NCBI GenBank assembly: GCA_963768305.1
Contig: CAVYHE010000010.1
Location: forward strand, 32,001-96,000
Source of the DNA: an uncultured bacterium
GTDB lineage: Bacteria; Margulisbacteria; WOR-1; CAVSGV01
Direction: 5' to 3'
DNA length: 64,000 nucleotides
A model generated the notes under the pieces. The model did no database searches. It was not told the DNA's origin and worked only from the letters and a program-made list of their open reading frames with translations. The position numbers and the translations under genes were made by a program. The first letter of the stretch is position 1; the number at the start of each line of letters is the position of its first letter. Positions 29,415 to 39,845 of this stretch are shown here, in pieces.

Positions 29415-30930
29415 ATGAGCACAGTTTTAGATATCCGCGTAAAAGTACTTGTCGAAATAAGCGAGGCGCTCGCTTCTGCGCTCGACCTTGAAAAAGCGCT
29501 GGATTCCATATTAAAGGTCCTTTCTGATTCGCTTGAAATGCAAAGAGGCACTATCACTCTTGTTGATCCCCGCACAAATGAACTGCACATCGAAGTCGCT
29601 CACGGCCTGACAAAAGAAGAAAAGGAGAGAGGACGCTACAAGATAGGCGAGGGCATAACCGGGAAAGTGGTGGAAACCGGCCAGCTGATGGTTGTAAAGG
29701 ACATCGGGGCAGATCCTTCCTTTTTGAACAGGACAAAAGCCAGAGAGCTTGAGCAGAGAAAATTCGCGTTCCTCTGCGTTCCCATAAAAGTCGGGAATAA
29801 AATAATCGGCGCGCTGTCAGTGGACCATCTTTTCAAGGATGACGTTTCTTATGAAGAGGATGTGAAGCTTCTTACGATAATCGCCTCAATGGTCGGCCAG
29901 GCGGTAACTATCAGAAAACTGGCCGAAGCGGACAAGCAGGCGGTCATTTCCGAGAACATCAAATTGAGAAAAGAATTGAAGGGAAAATATAATTTTGACA
30001 ACATCGTTTATAATTCTCCCGCGATGGACACAGTGCTTATGGCCGTTACGCAGGTGGCGGAAAGTTCGGCAAATGTCCTTCTTCGCGGCGAATCGGGCAC
30101 CGGGAAAGAATTGATCGCTTCAGCCATCCATTATGCCAGTGGAAGGGCAAAAAAACCGCTCATAAAAGTCGCGTGCGCGGCGCTTCCCGAAAATCTCCTT
30201 GAATCGGAGCTCTTCGGGTATGAAAGAGGAGCTTTTACCGGCGCGATCGAAAGAAAGCTCGGCCGTTTTGAACTGGCAAATTACGGGACCATCTTTCTGG
30301 ATGAAATAGGGGATCTGGCCATTTCCACCCAGGTAAAGCTCCTTCGCGTCATTCAGGAAAGGGAGATAGAGCGTTTGGGCGGAACGCAGACAATAAAAGT
30401 GGATGTCAGGGTGATCTGCGCTACTCACAGGAACCTTGAGGAAATGGTAAAGCAGGGAAAATTCCGCGAGGACCTGTTTTATAGGATTAATGTTTTCCCC
30501 ATAACCATTCCGCCTCTCAGGGACAGAAAAGAGGATATTCCCGCGCTGGTGGACCATTTCATTGAAATATTCAACAAAGAGAACAAGAAAAAAATAAAAG
30601 GCATAAATAGGGCCGCGCTGGACATGCTTATGGCTCATGACTGGCCGGGAAATGTCAGGGAACTGGAGAATGTGGTGGAAAGAGCCCTGGTGCTTTGCAG
30701 GAAAGACATGATCACTGTGCACGAACTTTCGTCAAATCTTCACAGGGGCGATGAAGCGGCTGGTCCCTGCCGCAGGGGCCACTTTGCCGGAGATCGTCGA
30801 ATCGATTGAGAAACAAAAGATCAGCGAAGCCCTGAAAAAATATAAGACCCGAAAACAGGCCGCGAAAGCCCTTGGAATAACCGAAAGAATGCTTGGTTAC
30901 AAGATCCAAATATACAAAATTGTAGATTAA
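29415..30930 (+). CDS. NifA-like sigma54 enhancer-binding protein (GAF-AAA+-HTH; indel near 30770)
   Basis: GAF (RGRYKIGEGITGKV...P.FLNRT...FLCVPI); GESGTGKE; ESELFGYERGAFTGA; WPGNVREL; shifted tail QAAKALGITERMLGYKI*. Confidence 0.92.
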
Positions 30931-31001
30931 ATTTTAAACATGCATACAAATTTGTAATACCCGCTCTCAAATGATCCCTGAAATACGGCCACAAAATTGC
31001 T
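30913..31001 (+). promoter_or_regulatory. Sigma54 promoter 1 with paired upstream sites
   Basis: TACAAAATTGTA 30913, TACAAATTTGTA 30945; GG(30987)-CCACAAAATT-GC(30999). Confidence 0.8.
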
Positions 31002-31052
31002 CCCTAATAAGCTGAACGCGTCAGCAAAGGATTAAATAAAGGGGGCAATATC

Positions 31053-31767
31053 ATGAAGTTAAAAAAATATGTTTTAAGTTTGGCATTTATTTTGGCTGTT
31101 TCAGTGTCTTGTTTTGCGACTCCATCAAGCGCAGATATGGAATCCTTCCACGGATATCCAATCTGCGGGGACATGGCATCTTGGGATAGACAATTATTTC
31201 ACACTGGCCTGGCCTCAGAGCGGCGGCACGGCATTCCCGACGGACGTGAATCTAACTTACGGGGCATTGCCGGGGGTGGAGGTTGGAGTTGATTCTTTTT
31301 CGCCAAGCTCAAATCAGTTCACATTCAATGCCAAATACGGCGTTGCCGAGAACGGAAATATTCCGGCATACTCGATAGGGGTATTTAATTTCGGATTTGA
31401 CACGCTTGATGGCGTAAAGAGCGCGGACCAGAATATAGTTTACGGGCTTGTTTCAAAGGTGTTCGGATTTGGAAGGATTTCAACAGGGTATTATTCGGGC
31501 AACAAGGATGTGCTAGTGGATGAATTCGGCGATGCGCAGAACACCGGCTTTATTTTTACATGGGATAAGAAGCTGACGGATAAGTTCTGGGCCTGTGTCG
31601 ATTATGCTTCCGGATATTCTGCCAATGGAGCCGCATTCTATGGATTTTCTTACGCGTTCGCTCCGAACACATCCGTGCTATTCGGTTACGGGACGTTCAA
31701 TAATGAAAATGCTCCTGGAGCAAGCAAAAATCCGGTCGTAACGACTCAGCTGGATATCAATATATAA
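31053..31767 (+). CDS. Exported, probably outer-membrane beta-barrel protein (indel near 31160)
   Basis: Signal peptide MKLKKYVLSLAFILAVSVSCFA-TPS, continuing QIWNPSTDIQ...; aromatic/Gly-rich beta strands; ends TQLDINI. Confidence 0.65.
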
Positions 31768-31779
31768 AATAAAAAGGAG

Positions 31780-33653
31780 ATGATCAATATGAACGGCGAG
31801 AGAGCAGATTCGGCAAAACTGGTAAAGCCTACATTAGGATTAATGGGCGCGGCAATGAACGCGATGGCTCTGATAGCTCCCGGCGCGTTCCTGTGGATCA
31901 CTTATCAGATGCAGGCCTCGGCAACGGCGCCGAACGGGGCGTCTGTGGCAAGCGATATTTGGGCCGGGATCGTTCTGGCTTTGATAGTCGCTTTTCTCAC
32001 GGCAATTTCATATTCCGAATTGGCAAAAATATATCCTGAAGCGGGTTTTGCAAGCGTGACGTATTTTGCTGAAAAAGCTTTCCTTGACCGTGAAGGCGCG
32101 AAAAGATCAGCCCCAGCCTCTCTGGCAAGATTCGCGAAACTTGTTACTGGCTGGGCGGCTCACCTGTTCTATTGGGTATACCCAGGCATCATGGTCGCCA
32201 TGATGGCGAATCTTGTCGGCTACATATTCGCTCAACTGACGGGCCATACATTATCTGTCATTGCACTCACTATCATTGGCGTAGCATTTACGGCATTGGC
32301 CGGATATATTGCATATCGCGGGGTCACCGGTTCCACAAAAACCTCGGTATGGATCAATGTTATTCAATGGGTGACGCTTATCATCTTCAGCGGACTGGCT
32401 ATCTGGTACCGCCTGGCTAACCCTGCAAGGCATTACTGTTTGGGCTTTCAGCAATGCCTGGGACGTTGTTAGACCTCATACCTTGAATGGAGTTTTAGTG
32501 CAATCAACTCTCGCGATATTGATTTTGGTCGGATTTGAAAGCTGTACGGCTCTGGCCGCTGAAACGAAAGAACCGGGAAAGACCTTGCCCAAAGCCATCA
32601 TCATTTCTCTTATTGTGCAAGGGCTGATCGCTTATCTTCTTGAGTATTTCGCGGCAGGCGCGATGATAGGAGATAAGCTGGTGAACGGAAAAGTTTCCGG
32701 CATGGCCGCGGCCGCGGCTTCAGCCGCCCCGATTGGCGACCTTGCCAAGCTCATCGGCAACAGCCTCCTCGGTGGCATCGGATTCGGGTTAATGATAACA
32801 ATGGCGATCACTGTCGCGATAGCCATTATCGGAACGACATTGAGCTGCATGAACACCGCCATGAGAATAAGCGCGGGCATGGCGGAGGACAGGGAGCTTC
32901 CCACGATGATGGGCTACATGTCCAGAAAATTCGGGACGCCCCACATGTCTCTTTTAATGTTGATATTGGTCTCGTCAATGATAGCCGCGGTCGGCGTAAG
33001 GTCGGTCATTGGATTAACGGGCATAACTCTCGCGTCGAACCTTGGCACTTTTATCCTTTACGGATTGACGTGCATATGGACAATTGTGGCGTTCAAAAGC
33101 AGGATGGATTTCAATTTTTTGAAACACGGGATAATTCCTTTCTTCGGCGTAATAACGAACATCATCATGGCGGTCGCCATAGTTTATCTTTATGCGATCG
33201 GAAATGCGGACGCGAAAGCCGAAGCGGATATCTGCTTCCTTATCGCGGGCGGATGGGGGCTTATCAGCATTGCTTATATTGTGCTTACCAGCGTGAAAAG
33301 ATCATACAGCCTTAAAATGGTCTCCGCCATGATCCGTCCGGAATCGTTGGACGCTCTGGTGGATGTTCTCCAGGATGAAGATCTGATCCTCGGAATGACA
33401 GTAACAAAAGTAAAAGGATTCGGCAGGCAGAAAGGCAAAATAGACGGCGCCGAGCCTATCAATGACAAAATATCATTTATCCCAAAATTAAGCGTTGATC
33501 TTGTAGTGAATGACTGGGATGCTCCGGAGGTAATGAAGATAATGAGGGATGCATTGTTCACAGGAAATATCGGCGACGGAAAAATATTCGTAATAGACGC
33601 GGCTGGATGCCATGAGGATAAGGACAGGCGAGCGCGGCGTATTAGCCGTCTAA
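31780..33653 (+). CDS. APC-superfamily amino acid/amine permease fused to a C-terminal PII domain (indels near 32425-32460 and 33600)
   Basis: APC motifs AISYSELA..YPEAG, LVGFESCTALAAE.K.P.KTLPKA, MAEDRELP...FGTP; in-frame tail MVSAMIRPE...GMTVTKVKGFGRQKG...FIPKL...[11 protein letters not shown]; shifted DAMRIRTGERG. Confidence 0.85.
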
Positions 33654-33667
33654 AGGAGGAGGATTAT

Positions 33668-34005
33668 ATGAAAAAGATAGAAGCGATAATCAGGCCCAGG
33701 AAAATAGAGATGTTTGCAGCGCGCTTAATAAAGTGGGGCATCCGGGGATAATGGTGACGGATATAGAAGGTCACGGAAAACAGAAAGGCGTGGAGCAGCA
33801 GGTCCTTGGAAAGACCTATAGAGTGAGCCTTCTCCCAAAAGCCCGCATAGAATTAATAGTTAAAGATTCGGAAGTTGGCAATATTGTAACTGCGATCAAG
33901 AATGCCGCATACTCCGGCAAAGTGGGTGATGGGAAAATATTCATTCATCCGGTGGAAGATGCGATAAGGGTACGCACGGGAGAACAGGGGGACAATGCGA
34001 TCTGA
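33668..34005 (+). CDS. PII nitrogen regulatory protein (indel near 33705)
   Basis: [10 protein letters not shown]...GIMVTDIEGHGKQKG...YRVSLLPK...GKVGDGKIFI.PVEDAIRVRTGE; strong SD. Confidence 0.92.
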
Positions 34006-34006
34006 A

Positions 34007-34219
34007 ATGAATATTGAACGGCCGCTCGATCATGAATTAGTAAAAAAGTCCGGCAATATCTTAATGGGGATCATGATTTTGACAGACATAATGATGGTTG
34101 TATTGATCGTTACCATTATATTGGGAATATTAGGTTTGTTGCAGCATTGGCTATTGAGCTTCGCATTGATCCTTTTATCTTTGTTCGTCTCTTATAAGTT
34201 AACTAAAAGCTGTTTGTGA
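34007..34219 (+). CDS. Small hydrophobic two-helix membrane protein
   Basis: ATG 1 nt after PII stop; ~45 nearly continuous hydrophobic residues; precedes terminator. Confidence 0.45.
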   Translation: MNIERPLDHELVKKSGNILMGIMILTDIMMVVLIVTIILGILGLLQHWLLSFALILLSLFVSYKLTKSCL

Positions 34220-34244
34220 ACAAATATGCTCATTAACTTGAGCG

Positions 34245-34289
34245 AAGGCCGCTTCTTTATCGCTAACACCCTTAGAGAGCGGCCTTTTT
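34245..34289 (+). terminator. Putative intrinsic terminator
   Basis: AAGGCCGCT...AGCGGCCTT stem followed by T-run. Confidence 0.55.
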
Positions 34290-34290
34290 A

Positions 34291-34370
34291 TACATAAATG
34301 TAGTCAAAATTTGATCAAAATACAAAAATGTCATATTTTATGAGTATTCCCACGCGGCATCATAATTGCT
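34291..34370 (+). promoter_or_regulatory. Sigma54 promoter 2 with paired upstream sites
   Basis: TACATAAATGTA 34291, TACAAAAATGTC 34321; GG(34356)-CATCATAATT-GC(34368). Confidence 0.8.
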
Positions 34371-34416
34371 ACATATTGATGTGAGTTCAAAATATGTTCC
34401 AAGGAGGGTGTTAGCA

Positions 34417-35643
34417 ATGATAAATACTGGAGATACCGCATGGGTCCTCATTTCGACCGCATTGGTAATTTTAATGACGCCGGCATTGGGATTCTTTTAC
34501 GGGGGAATGGTGAGAAAGAAGAATCTTCTTTCCACTGTAATGCTCTCGGTGGCGATACTGGTCCTGATATCTGTCCAATGGGTTTTATACGGATATACTC
34601 TGGCTTTCGGACCTGACAAAGGCGGTCTTATCGGCGGGCTTCAATGGCTGGGTCTTATCGGGGTAGGCCAGCTGCCTAATCCGGCTTATGCCCCAACGAT
34701 ACCGCATCTTGCTTTCATGGTCTTCCAGATGGCATTTGCGGTAATCACGCCTGCGTTTGATAACAGGAGCTTTTGTTGAGAGGATCAATTTTCCGGGATT
34801 TCTGGTGTTTACATTGTTCTGGTCAACTTTCGTATATGATCCCGTCGCGCACTGGGTGTGGGGGATGGGAGGATTTTTAAGGAATATGGGAGCTCTTGAT
34901 TTCGCCGGAGGTACCGTCGTTCATATTACCGCAGGACTTTCAGCGCTGGCGCTGGCGATTGTCATAGGCAAACAGAAAAGGATACGGCAAATTCCCGATG
35001 GAGCCTTCGAATATACCTTTGACAGTTCTTGGCGCGTTCCTTCTCTGGTTCGGATGGTTCGGGTTCAACGGCGGCTCGGCTCTTTCAGCCGGAGGGCTTG
35101 CCACATCGGCGCTTGTCGTCACAAATACTGCGGCAGCCGCAGCCGGACTGGTTTGGATGATAATAAGCTGGATACATAAAAGACCGTCCGTGCTGGGCTT
35201 TCTACCGGCGTAGTTGTCGGACTTGTTGCCATAACTCCTGCTTCAGGATTTGTAAGCCCGCTTTCAGCATTAGCTATCGGAGCGGTTGCGGCGATAATTT
35301 CATATTATGCGATCATCATTAAGGACTAAAATCAGGCTTGATGAATCACTCGATGTTTTCGCCTGCCACGGCATGGGAGGAATAACCGGAGCTCTTTTGA
35401 CCGGAGTGTTCGCCGAAAAAGCGATAAATCCTGCCGGCGCTAATGGATGGTTCTTCGGCAATCCTCATCAGTTCGTCGTGCAGTGCATAGCGGTCGCGAC
35501 AGTTGTCGTGTTTTCATTCGTCGGGGCATTTATCATGGCAAAAGTGGTTGACGCGGTATTTCAGCATGAGAGTGCGCGAGAGCGAAGAAGATGTCGGGCT
35601 GGATATTTCGCAGCACGGCGAGACGTTAGTAAAGGAGGCATAG
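34417..35643 (+). CDS. amtB: Ammonium transporter 1 (several indels)
   Basis: [73 protein letters not shown]. Confidence 0.94.
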
Positions 35644-35985
<342 letters not shown>

Positions 35986-35987
35986 AT

Positions 35988-36123
35988 AACAAATTTGTAT
36001 AAATTATTAACCATATTTTGATGATTTATACATTTTCGTAGGTGAAATTTGCGCATTTGGTCAAATTTTAGCCGTTGTTATGTTTAAAATTTAACCATCT
36101 AAAATTTAGGCAACATTATTGCT
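35988..36123 (+). promoter_or_regulatory. Sigma54 promoter 3 with paired upstream sites
   Basis: AACAAATTTGTA 35988, TACATTTTCGTA 36029; GG(36109)-CAACATTATT-GC(36121). Confidence 0.75.
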
Positions 36124-36157
36124 GTTACCTTCATTAAATGAAGGGAGAACTACAATA

Positions 36158-37372
36158 ATGGTAAATTCCGGAGATACCGCCTGGGTTTTGATCTCAACCG
36201 CGCTCGTGATCCTGATGACCCCCGCTCTTGGATTTTTTTACGGCGGAATGGTGAGAAAAAAGAACATTCTTTCCACGATCATGCTTTCCGTAGCGATACT
36301 GATGCTTATTTCCATCCAATGGGCGTTTTACGGTTACACTATCTCTTTTGGTGCGGATCACGGCGGTTTGATCGGCGGACTTAACTGGCTTGGGCTGAAC
36401 GGCGTAGGGCAGGCTCCGTATGCCGCTTATGCGCCTACAATACCCCATCTGGCTTTTATGATATTCCAGATGGCTTTCGCTGTAATAACTCCGGCATTGA
36501 TAACAGGCGCTTTTGTCGAAAGAGTAAGCTTTTCAGGCTTCCTGGTATTTTCATTGGTTTGGGCAAGCATTGTTTATGATCCTGTCTGCCACTGGATGTG
36601 GGGGATAGGCGGATTCTTAAGGAATCTGGGCGCGCTTGATTTTGCGGGAGGATCGGTTGTTCACATGACGGCCGGTTTTTCCGCTCTTGCACTTGCTCTT
36701 GTGATAGGAAAAAGGAAAGGTTACGGAAAGGTCCCGATGGAGCCTTCCAATATTCCCCTGACGGTCCTTGGAGCTTTTCTTTTGTGGTTCGGATGGTACG
36801 GATTTAACGGCGGTTCCGCATTGTCTTCCGGCGGGCTTGCTACTGCTGCAATTGTTAACACTACTCTTGCAGGAGCGGCGGCGGGACTTATCTGGATGGT
36901 GGTCAGCTGGATCCATAAAAGGCCGAGCATCCTCGGCGTTTCCACAGGAGCCATTGTCGGGCTTGCAACCATCACTCCCGCGTCCGGATATGTAAGCCCA
37001 ATGTCATCGATAATCATCGGTTCAATAGCGGCCATCATTTCTTATTATGCGATCATTTTCAGAGTGAAAACGGGACTGGACGAATCATTGGACGTTTTCG
37101 CTTGCCATGGGATGGGAGGAATGTTCGGGATGCTTTGTGTCGGCCTTTTTGCCGAGAAAGCCGTGAACCAGGCTGGAGCGAATGGCCTCTTTTCGGGAAA
37201 TCCGGGCCAGCTCGGCGCGCAGGTGATAGCCATTGTGGTGGTAGCGGTATTCGCATTTGTTCTTTCGTATATCATGGGTAAAGTGATCGATGCTATTTTC
37301 ATTCTTCGAGCCAGGGAAACTGAAGAAGATGTCGGAATGGATATTTCCCAGCACGGTGAGACTATATATTAA
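36158..37372 (+). CDS. amtB: Ammonium transporter 2
   Basis: Intact ORF with all Amt motifs and both pore histidines (VVHMTAG, ACHGMGG). Confidence 0.96.
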   Translation: MVNSGDTAWVLISTALVILMTPALGFFYGGMVRKKNILSTIMLSVAILMLISIQWAFYGYTISFGADHGGLIGGLNWLGLNGVGQAPYAAYAPTIPHLAFMIFQMAFAVITPALITGAFVERVSFSGFLVFSLVWASIVYDPVCHWMWGIGGFLRNLGALDFAGGSVVHMTAGFSALALALVIGKRKGYGKVPMEPSNIPLTVLGAFLLWFGWYGFNGGSALSSGGLATAAIVNTTLAGAAAGLIWMVVSWIHKRPSILGVSTGAIVGLATITPASGYVSPMSSIIIGSIAAIISYYAIIFRVKTGLDESLDVFACHGMGGMFGMLCVGLFAEKAVNQAGANGLFSGNPGQLGAQVIAIVVVAVFAFVLSYIMGKVIDAIFILRARETEEDVGMDISQHGETIY

Positions 37373-37386
37373 TAAATGAATAATGG

Positions 37387-37421
37387 GGGAGTATTGAGGA
37401 GTTCCCCCCTCAAATTTCCCC
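37387..37421. other. Stem-loop in the amtB2-glnK2 spacer
   Basis: GGGGA-gta-TTGAGG-agttcccc-CCTCAA-att-TCCCC. Confidence 0.4.
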
Positions 37422-37457
37422 GAGATAAAGAAAATGAAATGTCAGGGAGGATAGTAA

Positions 37458-37796
37458 ATGAAAAAGATCGAAGCGATAATCAGGGTGGAAAAACTGGAAG
37501 AGGTCAAAACGGAGCTCGAAAAAGCCGGGTTTGTCGGCCTGACGGTCACTGAAGTAAAGGGTAGGGGCGCGCAAAAAGGCATTATGCTTGAGTGGCGGGC
37601 GGGCGAATACAGGGTTGAGTTCCTTCCCAAATTAAAGCTGGAGCTTGTGGTAAATGATCCCAAGCTCAATGAGGCGCTGGATATCATATCTAAAACCGCG
37701 CGGACCGGAAAGATAGGCGACGGAAAGATCTTTGTTTCCGATATTTCAAAAGTTATCAGGATCAGGACAGGAGAGTCAGGAGAGATAGCGGTATAG
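37458..37796 (+). CDS. glnK: PII protein GlnK 2
   Basis: T-loop region identical to GlnK1 ([31 protein letters not shown]). Confidence 0.95.
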   Translation: MKKIEAIIRVEKLEEVKTELEKAGFVGLTVTEVKGRGAQKGIMLEWRAGEYRVEFLPKLKLELVVNDPKLNEALDIISKTARTGKIGDGKIFVSDISKVIRIRTGESGEIAV

Positions 37797-37805
37797 ATCA
37801 GGCAG

Positions 37806-37917
37806 TACAAAATTGTATCGTTCCCCCTGATCAGGAACAAAAATGTGTTTATTGACAAGTGGCCAATGTCACAATTTGGCTTTATTTAGGCAAAAAAATA
37901 CTGGAATGAAAGTTGCT
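37806..37917 (+). promoter_or_regulatory. Sigma54 promoter 4 (glnA1) with paired upstream sites
   Basis: TACAAAATTGTA 37806, AACAAAAATGTG 37836; GG(37903)-AATGAAAGTT-GC(37915). Confidence 0.78.
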
Positions 37918-37995
37918 ACGTAAGTAGTTGGTCGAACTTCATTTTCCAGAATAGCGTGCAGTGTTTGAAAAATACACAAAGGAGGAAAAATAATA

Positions 37996-39435
37996 ATGAG
38001 CATGTTAGCAAACGCGAAGACAGCGACAGAAGTCATAAAATTCGCAAAAGACAAGGGCCTGCAGATTTTTGATTTTAAGTTCAACGATTTACCGGGACTC
38101 TGGCAACATTTTTCAGGGCCAATTACTGATCTAGAGGAGGGGATGTTCAAGGACGGTCTCGGGTTTGACGGATCTTCAATAAGAGGTTTCCAGAAGATAC
38201 AGGAATCCGATATGCTGCTTATCCCCGATCATACCACAGCCTGTATCGATCCCATTTGCAAGGTCCCGACCCTTTCCCTGGTTTGCGATATCCTTGATCC
38301 TATTACAAAAAAGCCGTATACAAGGGATCCCAGGTATATGGCGAAGAAAGCAGAAGAATATTTAAAATCTTCCGGGGTGGCGGATAATGCATATTTTGGG
38401 CCTGAGCTTGAGTTCTTCCTGTTCAATGACATCAGGTTCGATCAGACTGAGAACAGCGGGTACTATTTTATCGATTCTAACGAGGGAGACTGGAATTCAG
38501 GGCGCGACGAAAAGCCCAATTTGGGGTATAAACCCAGGTATAAGGAAGGCTATTTCCCTGTTCCGCCGCATGATTCTCTTCAGGACCTGCGCAGCCAGAT
38601 AATCCTTCTAATGAACGAGGTAGGATTGAACGCTGAGATACACCATCATGAAGTTGCTACGGCAGGCCAGTGCGAAATAGACATGCGTTACAACACTCTC
38701 CTGAAGATGGCCGACAATGCGCTGATGTTCAAATATATAGTCAAGAACATTGCGAAAGCGTCGAATATGGTGGCTACCTTTATGCCGAAGCCACTTTTCG
38801 GCGATAATGGATCGGGCATGCACGTGCATCAAAGCTTGTGGAGAGAAGGAAAACCGCTGTTCTTTGACGCCAAAGGTTATGGAATGATCAGCCAGCTTGC
38901 CAAATATTATGCCGGCGGACTTCTCAAACATGCGGCCTCTTTACTTGCTTTCTGCGCCCCAACGACAAATTCATATAAAAGGCTGGTTCCCGGGTATGAA
39001 GCTCCGGTGAACCTTGTCTATTCACAAAGGAACAGGAGTGCCGCTGTGAGGATACCGATGTACTCCGAAAACCCAAAGACAAAGAGATTGGAATTCAGGC
39101 CGCCGGACCCGTCAGCGAACCCGTATCTTGCTTTCTCGGCCATGCTTATGGCAGGGCTGGACGGGATGACGAACAAGATAGAGCCGCCTGCGCCGGTCGA
39201 TAAGAACATATTCGAGGACCTGACGGCAGAAGAAAGGGCAAGGATCAAAACAGTTCCTTCTTCATTAGAGGAATCCATCAATGCGCTGGAAAGGGACCAT
39301 GAATTCCTTTTGAAAGGCGGCGTGTTCACAAAGGACCTGATAGATGTATGGATAGAGTTCAAGCGCCTGAAAGAGATTGACGCAGTAAGGCTTAGACCGC
39401 ATCCGTATGAGTTCTACCTGTATTTTGATACGTAA
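37996..39435 (+). CDS. glnA: Glutamine synthetase type I-beta
   Basis: FDGSSIRGF, ESDM, GPELEFF, beta-type insertion (EGDWNSG...NLGYKP), HHEVA, DNGSGMH, YKRLVPGYEAP, RPHPYEF.LY. Confidence 0.97.
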   Translation: MSMLANAKTATEVIKFAKDKGLQIFDFKFNDLPGLWQHFSGPITDLEEGMFKDGLGFDGSSIRGFQKIQESDMLLIPDHTTACIDPICKVPTLSLVCDILDPITKKPYTRDPRYMAKKAEEYLKSSGVADNAYFGPELEFFLFNDIRFDQTENSGYYFIDSNEGDWNSGRDEKPNLGYKPRYKEGYFPVPPHDSLQDLRSQIILLMNEVGLNAEIHHHEVATAGQCEIDMRYNTLLKMADNALMFKYIVKNIAKASNMVATFMPKPLFGDNGSGMHVHQSLWREGKPLFFDAKGYGMISQLAKYYAGGLLKHAASLLAFCAPTTNSYKRLVPGYEAPVNLVYSQRNRSAAVRIPMYSENPKTKRLEFRPPDPSANPYLAFSAMLMAGLDGMTNKIEPPAPVDKNIFEDLTAEERARIKTVPSSLEESINALERDHEFLLKGGVFTKDLIDVWIEFKRLKEIDAVRLRPHPYEFYLYFDT

Positions 39436-39452
39436 AAGGGCATAGTTTACAG

Positions 39453-39486
39453 ATCCGCCCCGACCAAAAATCGGGGCGGATTTTTT
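39453..39486 (+). terminator. Intrinsic terminator after glnA1
   Basis: ATCCGCCCCGA-ccaaaaa-TCGGGGCGGAT-TTTTT. Confidence 0.9.
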
Positions 39487-39503
39487 CCGGAGGTATCGTA
39501 AAA

Positions 39504-39722
39504 ATGGATGATTTCAGCAATATCATAAATTCTATGGACAGCATGTTCTATGAAGACAAAGAAGGAAAGGTCTACAAGCTATTGCTTGAATCATTGGAAA
39601 GGCCGCTTTTTGAAAGCGTCCTCAGATACACGAACGGAAATAAGCTGAAGGCCTCAAGGATCCTCGGGTTGAACAGGAACACATTAAAATCAAGGCTAAA
39701 AAAGCTTGGAATGGCAATGTGA
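39504..39722 (+). CDS. Fis-family small HTH DNA-binding protein
   Basis: VY..LL..LERPL...VL..T.GNKLKASRILGLNRNTLKSRLKKLG; GGAGG SD. Confidence 0.88.
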   Translation: MDDFSNIINSMDSMFYEDKEGKVYKLLLESLERPLFESVLRYTNGNKLKASRILGLNRNTLKSRLKKLGMAM

Positions 39723-39761
39723 ATTTCTTAATATCCGCAGTATCTTGAACGCTTTTCGGGC

Positions 39762-39790
39762 TGGACAAACCATTTCATCAAATATATAAT
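39762..39790 (+). promoter_or_regulatory. Sigma70-type promoter for glnA2-gltBD
   Basis: TGGACA-17-TATAAT; no GG-N10-GC or TACA-N4-TGTA seen here. Confidence 0.6.
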
Positions 39791-39845
39791 TCAATTCCTG
39801 TTCCTTATTTTCACGTTCCAGCATATATTTAAAGGAGGGGATCGC

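Noticed and set aside
29415..30930. Calling the activator nifA and inferring nitrogen fixation
   Set aside because: No nif structural genes in the window, and the adjacent sites are not canonical TGT-N10-ACA.
37853..37871. TGACA-N9-TGTCA palindrome upstream of glnA1 as a GlnR/TnrA box
   Set aside because: Orientation and spacing differ from TGTNA-N7-TNACA; single occurrence.
37917..37995. Glutamine riboswitch in the glnA1 leader
   Set aside because: No recognisable conserved stems or motif by eye; an Infernal scan would be needed.
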